Source of the DNA: an uncultured virus (IMG/VR IMGVR_UViG_3300024317_000003)
Taxonomy: Duplodnaviria > Heunggongvirae > Uroviricota > Caudoviricetes
Reading direction: 5' to 3' (one strand)
Length of the DNA: 64,000 bases
IMG/VR virus record: IMGVR_UViG_3300024317_000003
Shown here: positions 45,701 to 58,000 of the stretch, piece after piece
Layout of the letters: the number at the start of each line of letters is the position of its first letter
How positions within the stretch are numbered: the first letter of the stretch is position 1
Translations under genes and position numbers: made by a program
The notes under the pieces: generated by a model
The model's database searches: none
Seen by the model: only the letters and a program-made list of their open reading frames with translations
What the model was told of the DNA's origin: nothing

Positions 45701-46331
45701 GGTGTCGCCTTCTGAGCGCCGCTGATATTTTCGCTCTCGCTTCAGGTGTGTGTTTCCTACCGGTGTTCGCTCTGCTGACTTTGGCTCTCCCTTCAGGACC
45801 GAGAACGTGCCCAATTTTAGATAATCTGATCTTCTCGCAGTGTTCGACTGACCTGATGCGTCCCTTCAACGCTAAACTGATTTTGGACAATTCTTCCGGC
45901 GTCTTTATACGCCCGGTGGATTTTTGTCGCAAAATTTCTCGGACCTCAACTGACACTGTATGGCCAAGCGCATGTTTCCTTCCGATCATCCGCTCGCTCA
46001 ATTTCTTCAGGCTCTCAGTCGAAGCCCGATAACCTCTCGGTCCAGCTCCACCATCTGTTGCATTTACGAGATGGACTCCAAGACCCCTTAGGTATTCGAT
46101 CCAGCTCTGTTCTTCTGAGTAACCGTCGCCTTCGACTTCGCCAATCTGTCGAATGGCAGGAACAAACCCACGGGCGAGCACAGACCTAATCCAGTGATGC
46201 CTATGACTCCTTTTCCCTTTTCTGGCCTCTAGTAAATGCTCACAGAGTCTGCCTTGAAGCCCGCGATACGTCCTGCCGATGTAACGAATGGATTCGTTTT
46301 CGTCGCAGAGCGCGTAAATTTTGGTTCTCAC
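45681..46331 (-). CDS. GIY-YIG homing endonuclease with NUMOD3 repeats
   Basis: IYAL..IRYIGRT..RL.EH, LVNATDGG.G and repeated H(T/S).E..KIS. Confidence 0.9.
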   Translation of the reverse strand: MRTKIYALCDENESIRYIGRTYRGLQGRLCEHLLEARKGKRSHRHHWIRSVLARGFVPAIRQIGEVEGDGYSEEQSWIEYLRGLGVHLVNATDGGAGPRGYRASTESLKKLSERMIGRKHALGHTVSVEVREILRQKSTGRIKTPEELSKISLALKGRIRSVEHCEKIRLSKIGHVLGPEGRAKVSRANTGRKHTPEARAKISAALRRRHHENYSG

Positions 46332-47716
46332 AGCAACCCTGACTCCATAAGCCAGTCAAGTCGGTTGAAAATGGACGTGAAGTAATCCTTCGAAGTAAAA
46401 TCAAATTTTGGTCTGTAGTAAAGACCGTTCAAAGCGAATCCTTCAGCACAACGATAAGCATTATTAACTGCTTCCATAGCGGTGTCACCAGTGCCAGTGC
46501 AGACTCCAACATCCTTTTCGTACCCATTCGCAATGAACCCGCGTTTACCGTCTGGCATTTCCTTCCCTTCAATACAGTACAAGAAAAGTTGGTCGCTCAC
46601 CTCGGTTAACCAGTCACAAAAGTAACCTCCTTCGTACATGTCCGGGTGTTTCCCATTTGGCTCAGTCTGGAACAGGCGGACCGAAGCGCCGTATTGATGC
46701 AGTAGCGGGCTCTCACCCTTCGCGATCATGTCGAAGTGCCGAGCGCAGTTGCCGTGCCCATGCTCATCACCACACATGGCGATCTCGGAGAATATCCCGT
46801 CAAAGCCCCAGCGTTGAGCGCAGAACTCGGTGAACAGAAAGTCTTTGCCGTCATACAAAAGCCCGGCATCAAACAGACCGATCCCTGGCACCTTTTTCGC
46901 CATCTCGTAAACGATCGGCGGGAAAGCAAGCCGGTTCAGCTCACAGTTGAGCGGAGTCCGGATGCTCAGGTTTTGGCAACCCCCAGTCAGACGGCCGATG
47001 TTCCCGGCACCAAGCGGTTTGTTCTCCAGCTCGACCAATGAGAACAGCGGTTTGCCGTTCCAAAAGAGCATGACGGGCGATAGCTCGATCGGCTTCAGGA
47101 TCCGCGGCTCCAGGGTGAATCCACCTTTTTCGTAATCTTTGGCTTCGGTCCTAAGCGCGCCGATCACCTGACGACGCCCCAGGTCGACGTCTTCAGTCTG
47201 CGGCACCACGGTCTCGGCGTTGGAGCCTTCGGACTTGAGCACATAGATGTTTTCCTTGTCCTCTTCCAGAAACTTGATCGCGTCCTCAACCTTTTTGAAC
47301 TCGTGCACCTCGGCAACTTTCAAACCCGGGTAATGTTTTTTGGCGAACTCTTTGCCCTTCTGCCGGTCTTTTTCTAGCTCATAGCCTTCCTCGGTTGGAA
47401 ATAAGCCTCGGGTATAACCCGCTTTGAGAGCGCGCTCGGAGTATTCCCAAAGGTCGCCGTAATCGAACATGACGAACCATTGATCCCGCTCCGACTCAGG
47501 CACCTTTTTTTCAAGCCAATCGATCACATCTTCCGCGTCGTACCGTTCGATGATGCCCTCATAGAGCGAAAGCCGGGCGTCACTTTTGCCTTTCGGAGTT
47601 TTGGGGTTCTCTTCCTCCTGAATCATGCCGAGAATGACATTCTTGCCATCATCCCGCAGCCTGTCGGCTACCGGCAGAATGTGAAAATCGCGAGTGATGA
47701 AAGCGTAATTCTGCAT
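46328..47716 (-). CDS. PurD-like ATP-grasp ligase
   Basis: LEKDR..GK, YVLKSEG, ENKPLGAGNIGRLTG (compare PurD HK...GD.GPNTG), EFCAQRWGFD, G.G.T..EA...AY and YR. Confidence 0.8.
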   Translation of the reverse strand: MQNYAFITRDFHILPVADRLRDDGKNVILGMIQEEENPKTPKGKSDARLSLYEGIIERYDAEDVIDWLEKKVPESERDQWFVMFDYGDLWEYSERALKAGYTRGLFPTEEGYELEKDRQKGKEFAKKHYPGLKVAEVHEFKKVEDAIKFLEEDKENIYVLKSEGSNAETVVPQTEDVDLGRRQVIGALRTEAKDYEKGGFTLEPRILKPIELSPVMLFWNGKPLFSLVELENKPLGAGNIGRLTGGCQNLSIRTPLNCELNRLAFPPIVYEMAKKVPGIGLFDAGLLYDGKDFLFTEFCAQRWGFDGIFSEIAMCGDEHGHGNCARHFDMIAKGESPLLHQYGASVRLFQTEPNGKHPDMYEGGYFCDWLTEVSDQLFLYCIEGKEMPDGKRGFIANGYEKDVGVCTGTGDTAMEAVNNAYRCAEGFALNGLYYRPKFDFTSKDYFTSIFNRLDWLMESGLL

Positions 47717-47795
47717 GCTGATTCTCTTGACAGTTTAATAGGACTCTGTACCAATGCAAGCTTACATCGTTTGTTCGACGTTGGGCCCTCACGCG

Positions 47796-48518
47796 TTAAG
47801 CCGTGCGTGGGGGCCCTTTTTGTTCCAGTAAACGCAACGCCTCGCGCACGGCTATATCTCCTGCATCGATCACGTTTGTCGGCAACGGATGCCCGCGCAA
47901 GCACAAAGGCAGCTCTGTGCAGCCCAGGATCACCATGTCCGCGCCGCGCCGTCTGAGCGTGCCACAAAGATCGTGAAAGCCTTTCCAGTATTTTTCGGGC
48001 TTCTTACCGCAAATCGCATCCTCGATTGCGGCGTTAATGAACATCTGCTCGCCTTCGTTGGGGTAACTCACCTCGACGACGGGATTGATTTGGTGCATGG
48101 TGCGCCGGTACAAAGCGCACTCACGGGTGCTGACGCTGCAGATGACTGAAACCCTTCTTGCCGACGCAGCGGCGCTGCAGGCTAAATCGACCATGTTGAT
48201 GATCGTGCCGCGAAAGAGAGACTGAAGCTGTGGAAGGTAAAGGTAGTAGTGAAGCGTGTTGCAAGCGATCAACAGATGATCGCAGCCCCACACATCCAAC
48301 TTGTGCAGGGCTCTCCCCAGCTCGACCAGAACAAGCTCAGAGTCTTTGACTCCTTTTTCGTCTGTAGCTTCGCTGGGAAGGTTGTGGAGGACGAAATCCG
48401 GAAAATCGCTGTCAGCCTTTGCTCCGTTTTCCTGCGCGAGCTGCACAAGCCGTTGCGCCATGTGCAGCCCGGCCGCGGCGCCAATGCCGGACAGGATCCC
48501 TAAACAGTGATCTTTCAA
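47796..48518 (-). CDS. aspartate/glutamate racemase family protein
   Basis: LGILSGIG, IACNTLH and ILGCTELPL, with both catalytic Cys present. Confidence 0.92.
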   Translation of the reverse strand: MKDHCLGILSGIGAAAGLHMAQRLVQLAQENGAKADSDFPDFVLHNLPSEATDEKGVKDSELVLVELGRALHKLDVWGCDHLLIACNTLHYYLYLPQLQSLFRGTIINMVDLACSAAASARRVSVICSVSTRECALYRRTMHQINPVVEVSYPNEGEQMFINAAIEDAICGKKPEKYWKGFHDLCGTLRRRGADMVILGCTELPLCLRGHPLPTNVIDAGDIAVREALRLLEQKGPPRTA

Positions 48519-48847
48519 GGCCCGGTCGGAGCCTTAGGCGGCGTCAGGGCATCCAGCGCATCGAGCTTGTCCGAAATGGTCGAGGCGCGCGCCTGAATAC
48601 CGTCGAGAACGGCTTGATCTTCCGGAGTGATCGTGCCCGTTGAGTTTTGTAACGCGGCTATCTGATCCTGCAGGTTTTTCACGTCACCCTGCAGGTCAGT
48701 GATTGCCGTATCCTGGCGGTCGAAGAAGGCGGTAAGTTTTACACCGAAGTCTGCTATTGCGCTCATAACTTTGTCGAACCTTTCGTTGATCAAGTGGGAG
48801 AGCCGATCGAAATTGTGCCCCCCTTCCTGATGTTCATGTTTACTCAC
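48515..48847 (-). CDS. small coiled-coil protein (start may be ATG at 48766)
   Basis: MSAIADF...LQDQIAALQNS.GT.TPEDQA.LD. Confidence 0.7.
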   Translation of the reverse strand: MSKHEHQEGGHNFDRLSHLINERFDKVMSAIADFGVKLTAFFDRQDTAITDLQGDVKNLQDQIAALQNSTGTITPEDQAVLDGIQARASTISDKLDALDALTPPKAPTGP

Positions 48848-49036
48848 ACTCGAAAGACTACTCCGATAAGCGGGTAGGGTGTCAAGGCTGCTCCCTAAGA
48901 CGTTCACAGAGGCTGCGATAGGCGGTCTGGCACCGCGTTTTAATGTCTCGCGGCTCATTACGCCGTTGCTCTTCCTGCACTTTGCGGACCGTCTGCAGAC
49001 TGATATGAGCCCTTCGTTGATGTTTTAGATGCATAA

Positions 49037-52000
49037 TCACGAGGATAGGCTGATTCTGCGTCTGGAGCGAGCCCTGGGAGCACGGACGGACAAACGCCGG
49101 GCTTTTGTTGACCGTGCTCGTAAACGCCCTCTGACGTTACGCAGTGGGGTCGCCCTGGCACTTTGACTACCTGATTGGGCTCTGGACACGCCTAAACCGC
49201 CCGGAAGGCGAATTCGAGGCGGTTTCGGCCCGGATAGCGATACCCGGCGCAGGCCGGTGCCAATCCGGCCGATACCCGCGGATCCGCCACCGGCCGCCCG
49301 GCTGGATCCAAGACTGAGGGCGCCCACGCCGCTGGCAGCCCCGGCCGACCTCTGCAGCGGAGGTGCCTTTTCTTGCTTTTCGAAGTCGGCCGTTAACCCA
49401 AGCGTTGCGGCTGCCAAAGCATAGTTCTTTTCCATCGTTTCGACCATCTCCCGCTGTGTGGCGCTGGCTTTACCCAGGGTATCGGCCCGCTGTTGGTCAG
49501 TGAGCACGCCGCCAAAGGCTTGCCGGTACGGGTTTAAGGTCGAGAACATCTGCCGGGCCAACTTGTCAGGCTCGGTCCGACCTAGCTCGGTGGCTTTTTG
49601 AATGAACGCTTGATACGCGTCAGCCACCTGCTTTTGGTCTCCGCTGCCGATTGCTTCTAAGAGCGCCTCGCGAAAGGGAGTCATCTCCGTTGGCAACGCG
49701 ATCGACAATGACGCCCGGCGCTCAACCAGATCCTGCGGGCCAAGCTTCTGCAACACGCGAACGGCATTCCGGTTGTTCTGGAGCCCCTGCCGATAGGACA
49801 TATTCTCGATCAGGGTTTCGGTGATTGGAAAGTTTGCTTCGATGAGCCGATCAAGCCCGTGCGTTATGTCCCGCGTCCGGTACACGTCCCGGGCGTATGT
49901 GGTGAAGCTGTTAATTTTGTCAAAGACGAACCCTTGAAAACCTGCGCTGCCACCGCGATACCCAGTCAGCCCAAGAATCGAGTTGAGCAATCCGTTGATG
50001 ACGGGCACTCCAGCAGTCACATCGTGCAAGGTCACCTCTGCGGCTTCCTGCACGCTGCTGGTTTCCTCGATCGTCTTTACCGTGCCTTCCTTGTGGTGCA
50101 AGAGCCGGTCTAACTCACGCACAGCGTGCGTCTCCGATTCGCCACCCAAAAAGCCGGTAGCCAAGACGAACAGACCGGTTAATCCCCCGGCCATGATCAA
50201 ACCTGCAAGCGTGTCGGCGCTAACACCGTCGCGCTCTGCTGAAAAGGCCGCCTTGCCTAACGCCGTGTCGATCAGCTTGATCGTCTGCGTTGTCCAGCCC
50301 GCAAAAGGCATGATCGCCTGAAACTGTGTTGCCTTGCGCAAATAGTGCGGCCGGTTGGACGGCGCGGAATGGTGAGTCTGTTCAACGAACCGAGAAATAA
50401 TCCCGCGAGCCCTGGCTTCAGCACGCTCTGTTGCGCGTTGCGGATCGGTCTCTTCAGGCGCGAGAAACTCAACTGCGCCGCGCTCTTCAGGCGGGGTTTG
50501 CGAGAGCCTCTTGAAATAACGAATCAGCAAATCCTGCAAATCTGTGTCGGTGCTGGTTCGGAATAGCTCACGAGCCGCCTGCAGATTGGTCGAGTTTGGC
50601 CGCGCCCACGCTGGCAGGTTCGACGGATCAACAAAACGGAACAGCGAAAAGGTCGGCAGCACTTCCCACGGCTGCAGCTTGTTTTTCGGATCCGTGAGAT
50701 TATCAAAGTTGAACCGGTCAAGCTGGCCGAGCCGCTCGTAATTCTCGAATGTTTTTCGGCCCGCCATGCCGAGCATGTCGATGTAGGATCCCGCCTTCCG
50801 CGCCACAGCATCGTACGTCACGTTGTAGCCGAAAGCCCCAGGCAGATAGACGTTGGTGCCCGCAATGAACGCTTCCATCATTGCCCACGGTTTGCTTACA
50901 GCCAGCTTTGTCGCAGCCCACACATTACCTGCGGTTGTCGTTGGCGTGCGCGTCGGACCGGCCATCACGCCGCCCTTGGTGCGGGATGACGAAAGGATGT
51001 TGGCGACCCTGGAACCGAGAAACACGTTGGGGATCATCCCGAGTTTTCTCTGATCCTCGACAAAGCTCAACGCGGCGAACTGTTCATCAGTTGTCCCGTT
51101 CAAGGCTTCTTCGATCGCTCGATAGATTCGCTCCGTTCCCTGGTTTGCCAGCGCGGCCTTGCCAGCTTTTGGAATGTTGAGCAGAAGCCGAAGCGGGATG
51201 CCCGGCACAAAGCCTTTCTCTGGAAAGTACCAACCCAACATCGTCGACGCGCCGAGACGGAAAGTGGATTGAATCGCGGACACCGCTGCGCTAGGCCAAC
51301 TGCGAATTCGGCCATAACCTAACTGCATCATTACGAGCCCCATCTTCCAGGCCGAGCCGCCCCCGGTGAGCCCTGCAACCCTCACGGACGTTCGCGGACC
51401 GCTCACGGCGCCGCCGACCGAGAGGGAGATTGGCCTGCTCCACGACTTCAAGCTTATGCCTTCAGCCTGAACTGATGCTTGCCCGACGTACTTCGGCATC
51501 CCAGCGATGATCCGATCCAACTCGATTGCTTTTTGCTGGAGCAGTTGCAGGTTGCGGAAATCTTTCCCCTCGCGGTACTGCGCGTCTGTCCGTTTAACAA
51601 TCTCCGGTCGCACTTCAGGAGATGCCCCAGTCAATTCGGATGTCGCTTTGGCGATGTCCGTTTTGAGCGCCCGCAACGATTCCATCATGCGCTCGTAACC
51701 GAACTCTGCCAGATCGGTCGAGAGCCTGCGCATTTCACCGTCGTTGACCCAGCCATAATCGTAAAAGTAAGCCGGGCCCAAGTCTTGCGTCCAACCCTGG
51801 GTAAAAGCCGTTGGCCGTTTATCGCTCGTCACACGAACGCCGGTCTCGGCTTCAGCGTTCATTTTCTCAAATCGTCCGACTAATTTTTCCCACTCACCAA
51901 AGAATTTCGCGCGCACTTCCTCTGGCGTCATTTCGGCAGGAACACGCTGAGTGATGTAGTCCAGCACCTGCTGAACGGTTTTCGGCGCAGTAGGATCTGA

Positions 52001-55000
52001 ACTCGACACGAGCTGAGTTATGTCACGGTAATGCTGTTCAAACGGGGACAAGCCGTCGAGCTTAACCCAGTTCTCACTACGCTCAGACATGAAGCCAAGC
52101 ACGGCATTGGCAAACCTATCCGGATCATCAAGGATTTTCTCAAGAGACTCGTAATAGCGATTGGTGATGTCAGCGGCAGCGGCATTGCGCTGTTCAGGCG
52201 TCATCGCCTCCGCAACGACGCGCTTTGCCAGATCCGCCTGTTCACGGTTCCTGCGCTCCATCTCCATGTGAATCAGGTAGGCCAGCGCCTTACCGTGCTC
52301 ACTGAATGAATGCGGGAGAGTTGTGTTTTTCTGAACACCGATCTCCATCGGCCTACGGATGCCCCAGGCATCACCCGTGAACGTGTCCATCAACCGCGGC
52401 AACTCCATCACGCCTTGAGCGCCTGTCACCTTGGCCGTGTTCCACATTCGCTCGTAAACGTCGTTGGTCATCCGGCCTTGAGCGCGTAACAGGCTTAAAT
52501 CTGTCTCTGTTACCGTGTGGCCATTAATCACGTCACCGGCATGAACCTCTCTACCGTTACGAAAAGCCCACGCAATGGGGTTAAGGTAGGACTGCTGATA
52601 ATCCTTGCGCTGAAGCTCGTTGTAACCGTGCCCCTTGAATGCCCGGCGCAATGTGCTCTCGGAAACGTCCCGGTTGCTGCCGTACCAGCCTGTGCCCTGC
52701 GTAAAATATCTGTCGAAACTTTTAGTTGCGACAAAAGCAAGGTTCGCGCTCGGCAAAGCCAACTGCTGAAAGAAATTTTCAGGGATCCCAAACGATCCTT
52801 TCCAAAACAACGAATGAATCGCGCCCGGGTTCCAGACTGAACTCGACATCATCACGTTCTCAAGCAAATCGCGGCGCTCAGTCCAGTACTTGCGCGTTGG
52901 ATCATGTTGATTTTCGTCTGCACGCAACCACGTATCGATCTCGTCACGCAAGCTGCCGAAGTCGCGCATGACACCCTGTAACTGTTCCGGAGACCATTGC
53001 ATGTCGATGCGGTACGGGGTGCCTTGCGGCGAGAAATAAACCTGATGCCCTGAGTATTTGAAAAACGGATCCGGCGCGCCCGCTTCCGCCATTCTCGCAC
53101 GCGCGTCCGCTGGCAAGAGCAGACCGTCAATAGCCGGATTGTTCATCACGGCATTGACCCAGCGTTTGTACTCCGTGTCGGCCTCGACTGCATCGTGAAG
53201 TCGGACAGCTTGATCGTAATCGTTGAAGTCGCGGAGCGTGTGCTCGATGCCTCTGTTAAGTGCAAGATATGCAGCCTCGGCTCTTGCTTCGCGCTCGCCC
53301 AAGTTACCGGCTCGTTCCAGAATTCGCGGTATGGCTTTGACTGGATCGTTCTGAAGCGCCTGCGCGATCTTCGATGCCGCCCTGTTCCATTCCTGGGCTG
53401 TGATGATGTCACGGGCCAAGAGCGACAGGCTCGCAGCCTGATTGCGAAGATCCCGATTAACGGACAAGACGGCGCTGGCGAGTTGGCCTAAAACGAAATC
53501 GTCTCCCTGGGGAATTCCCTGCCCGGCCGCAAATCGCGTCGCGAGGTACTCATTCCAGATGTCAGCCCCGTCACGTGAACCGCCAGCAATCAGCAGCGAT
53601 ATGCCTCGGTCGCTTTGAGCCAAAGCATTTACGATCGTGTCGAATCGCTGAGCCACACCGGCATCGAACCCGGGCAACTGTTGAACCCTGGCCAAGTCGG
53701 CCTGCATCTGTTCACTTGCCGCGCCGATCGTTCGAAGGTTGTTGAGGGTCTGCGCAATCACACCGGCCGACGCACCCATTTGCTGAGTGAACGTCTGCCT
53801 AGCTTCCGCTGCCAACTCCGCGCGTTCACGTCGCCGCGATGCCCGCTCCAACTTGTTTCGAAAACTTTCGCTGTTCAATTCCTCGCGCCGCGCATCCAGC
53901 TTTTGGCGCAAGTCGATCCCGCGCCATTGATAATGCGAAATCGAATCAAACGCGCTGCCTAGCACTTCACTGCGTTCACCCTCAGAGGTGGCGTTAGCGA
54001 TCGCGTCATAGTAGTTCGCCCGGCCGCCCATACCTTGCGCCAGCTCGGTAAGTTCTCGGGCTTGGTTCATGCCGTCCAAAGCGCGAGCGCGATCCGTTAC
54101 CGCCAGCTCTTCCGCTTTTTCAACCTGCCGCGTGTAACGGTGCAGATAGCCGCCAATGGTCGCAGCCTGCAGGCCGAGCGTGTCGAAGAACCGTTTCATG
54201 CTCCACTCTTCGGCATTAAGCGGCAGAGACTGGAACGTGCGGGTTACCGAATAGCTGTTGACTTCGGACCGATCGCTAATGAGCTTCGTTGCATCGGCCA
54301 TTGCCTTTGCAGCCAGCTTTTCGGCCGCAAGCCGAGTCATCTTGTAACCGACGTCATTGGCAAGTTTAAGGATGGCGCCGAGCAGCTTTTCAAACCACGA
54401 TCGGCCTTTCCAATCCGCCGCCAGCATCTGCAGAGAACGCGCAGCAATCTCATCACCATAAGCGTCCAATTTGTAATCGCGCTTCTTCACGTCGTTCAGG
54501 ATCGCCATGAACTCGCCATCGGTGATCCCGTCCAACAACGGCCGGACGTCACCGAGTTTATCTGCAGCGTGAGCTATCTCGTGCTCAACAACCCACTTGA
54601 TATGAGCGGCATCGCGCATTGCGGCCGCGTTAACGTCGATGCCTAACAGCTTCGTGAAATTCTCATCGAAATGCGCCTGACCGCTCATCCTGGCAGCGGG
54701 GTCATTCACCACACGGATCATCTGCGAGCCGGGAAACATCTGCTGGATATGCGCCGTAACCTGCTCAGGAGTCATTACGGGCTTAGCCGGTCGACCCGGT
54801 GGGAACGCAGCCTCAAGGCTCTGCGTTTTGCGTCCGGTGTCTTCCACGGTTACCTCGCCCTTGACCTTTTGGAACTGCCGTTTGCTGTTGATAAACCCCG
54901 CCTCGATTTTGGCCGGATCTGCGCCACGAAAAACATTCTCGCCGCGGTTTGCGTCCTCGACCGACACGATTGACGTGCGACCTTCCGCGTCCGTGACACG

Positions 55001-58000
55001 GATCATAGTCGCGCCGTCCGGCACGCGCACTCGGATGCGGGTGGCTTGGTTAAGAATCTCAACCGGTGAGCGTGTCTCAGCCGGTGCGGGCGGCGCTGCT
55101 GCCTGCCCTTCAAGTCTCGCGGAAATTTTCTTGTTCGCTCGCGGCAGGTTTCTCCGGTTGCCTTGTTCATCGACCAGATACCAACCGTCCTCACCTTTGA
55201 CGTACTTGCCAACACGGGTACCGGCAGCGGCGCCTGCAGGCTTCGGCGGCTCAGGCGATTCTTCGGGTTCGCCAGCACCAGCGCCCATGATTGTCTCCGT
55301 AGCCTGCCGCTGGACCGCATTCCATTGCTGGACTGTCAGCGCATTGACGTCTAGCTCTTTGCGATTAACGGCGTCGACCGCTTGCTGGACAGTCAAAGAT
55401 CGCGCTCTAGCTTTCTGCTCGGCTTTCTGCTCTTCGGTCAGCTCGTGCCACATGGGCTGAGCGGTAGGCAATTCTGGTTGCTGTCTCGCGGCTAAGTCCG
55501 CGGCCTCTTTAGCCCGCGCTTCGGCTGCGGCGCGTTCCGCGGCAATTCTGTCCGCGTCAACACCGGTCTGTCCTGCAAGATTGAACGGCTGATCGGCTCC
55601 CTGGAACAGTTCGCCTGCAGTTTCGCCGGGGCGCAGTGTGGGCGTCGCTGGCGGCGGCTCGTGTGGGAAAGGAGCCAAATCACCTCCAAAATCAGGATAG
55701 CCGTTTGGGCGATCGCCCCGATCAAACCTCATGCGGTAAACTGAGCCATCAGCGCGCTCGTACAATTGCTCCCCGGCCGCATTGACACCAATCTGGCGAT
55801 CGTTGGCTGGAGTTATTATCTCACGCTCCGGAAGAACTCGGTCCGCCCATACGTTCGAAGGGTTGGAGCGTTTCCACGCCCAACGAGTACCGTCTTCATC
55901 GACCCTTATTTGCGGTTGCTTTCCCGTTGGCTCAGAAACGACGCGAAGAGCGCCCCAATCCGTTTTCTTGAACTTTTTAGTCTCTCCGCTTAAACGCATC
56001 GGCTCAATTTCTCGCGCTGCAGGCGCTGGAGCATTTCGCCTTTCGTTCTCCTGTCGGATATCTTCCTCCGTCATCACCTCAGGAATCGAGTCGACAATCT
56101 CGCCATCGCGCCCACCGTGGAGCATGCCTTGAACGGCTTCGAGCCGGGTGTTGTACCTCTCGTGTCCCCACGGCGCGAGCTTATCCAAATCGCTGTAGAG
56201 CTTCGTGAAGGTTGTTACCCGCCATCCGCCTTGAGGATCCGGCGTGATCGCGGAATGGCTCCCGTTAGCTCTGCGGAAAATGATCGGTTTGTTCTGCGGT
56301 TGCGCTGCTTCCCATGCGGCAACATCGGCGTTGTACTTGTCCCAGCGTTCACGCTGCTGGCGAAACGCTTCTTCGCGATCTGCTTTCGGAATGCCCTTCG
56401 GCAATGGCCCGGGGACTTTTGGCAATTCCAGCTTGGCAGGCTCGGCCGCGGGCTCTTCAGGAGTGAAGTCGGCTTCAGCGGCCTTTTCAAGCCGTTGCAC
56501 GTAGAACACCGCTTCGCCTTCGCGCACCTTTTGGACGCCGAACTTCTGTCCGTCATCGAGCGTAACGTCGCCCGTGTCGGGATCCACCTCTGTCACCTCG
56601 ATTTGCTGGCCGTCGACTTCGAGCTTGTCACCAACGCCGAGCCTTTCGGCGGTTACCGGCACTTCCTTGCCGGGCTCAGCCTGTCTGGTTCGGTCCTGCC
56701 ACTCGCGAAACTGCCGCTCGTCTTCTGATTGAACACGCGCCTCGCGTTCGGCTTCAGGGGTGGCCCCGCGCCGGGTTTTGCTGGCGTGATCGATCGCAGC
56801 CCAAAGATCCCGCTCAGTGGCTGTGTTCGGGTCGACTCTTAGGATCCCAGCACGCGCAGCAGCTTTGGCGACATTATCCGGTGTATCACCCGTGGGGCTG
56901 TAAATCGCCATCTGATGGTGCATCGGCAGATCGGTAGGCGCATCATCCCAAAGCGATTTATTCTGATTGAACCTCTGTTTGCCCCACCGCTTCAGAGCGG
57001 CGCTGCGAGAGAGCATTCGGTTATTGTTGCGGATCCAATCGAGAATGTCTTCTTCACCGATTTGACCTCGTAACTGTTCGGATTCGCGATCGAACTGCTC
57101 GATGCCACTGAATGCGCGTGCCACCTTGACCGGTTTGAGTGGCGCATCCTTGAGTCGTTCGAGCTGCGCCTGCATGCCGGTCAAATCGCCCTTGCGGATG
57201 TTTTCGATCTCGCCACCTAAGGCGGACCTGTCTTCGGCGCTCAGGTTGCGCGTCCGAACGAGAGTCATTGCCTGATCGATCAATGCTTTGCCGCGTTCGA
57301 CAGCTTCCAGCGTTACGGGCGGGATTGGCGGCGCTGGCGGCGCGGCTGGAGCTGGAGCCTGTGCGGCCGGTGCGGGTTCTGGAGCTGGCGGCGCTGGAGC
57401 TGGCGCTGGCGGTGGAGCGTCTTCCCTGATCTGTCGATCGGAAATGAACACCGGGAATTCTTCGCCCTCGACCCTGATCTTGATCCGACCAGAGGGCATG
57501 TGCTGCATCACTACGCCGTGAGAACTTCCGCCTTCAGGCCAGTAAAATCGGATTGGCGATCCTGGCGGATATTTCCGTTGGACCGGATCTAATAACTCAT
57601 CCGGTGGATTCGCCGCTTGCCCTTGCGCGCTTGGCTCAGGACCACCGCTACTCGCTGCTTGTCCGCTTTCTTCTTGCCGAACTTCCGCAGGGTATGGCGG
57701 TACGTTTTGCCCTTCCCGAACTCTCGGAAGTTGCGTTTCTTCACTGCTTCGCTGCTGCCCGATTCCAGTGGCATCTGTTGTCCTTTCTTCTGTGGGTTGT
57801 TCACCGACGGTCAAAGTTATCCGGCGCGTCGGCTGCAACGCTTCCTCATACGCTTGCTGCATCGCGGCCTTGCGCCCTTCCAAGTTTGGGATCCAGAGTT
57901 TGTTGCCAAACAGTTTTTCGGCCGCATTGGCGTACTTCTCCGCATTGTCGATTATGAACCGCTGGGCCGCACTCGGAACCTTGTTGGAAAACTCAGGAAC

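Noticed and set aside
45681..46331. GIY-YIG gene (and HNH at 2922-3398) as intron-encoded
   Set aside because: The flanking genes appear complete and overlap the nuclease ORFs directly, leaving no room for group I intron core structure.
46328..47716. Calling the ATP-grasp gene purD (purine auxiliary metabolic gene)
   Set aside because: It lacks the PurD N-terminal GxGGREHA motif and has no pur neighbours. Only the fold assignment is supported.
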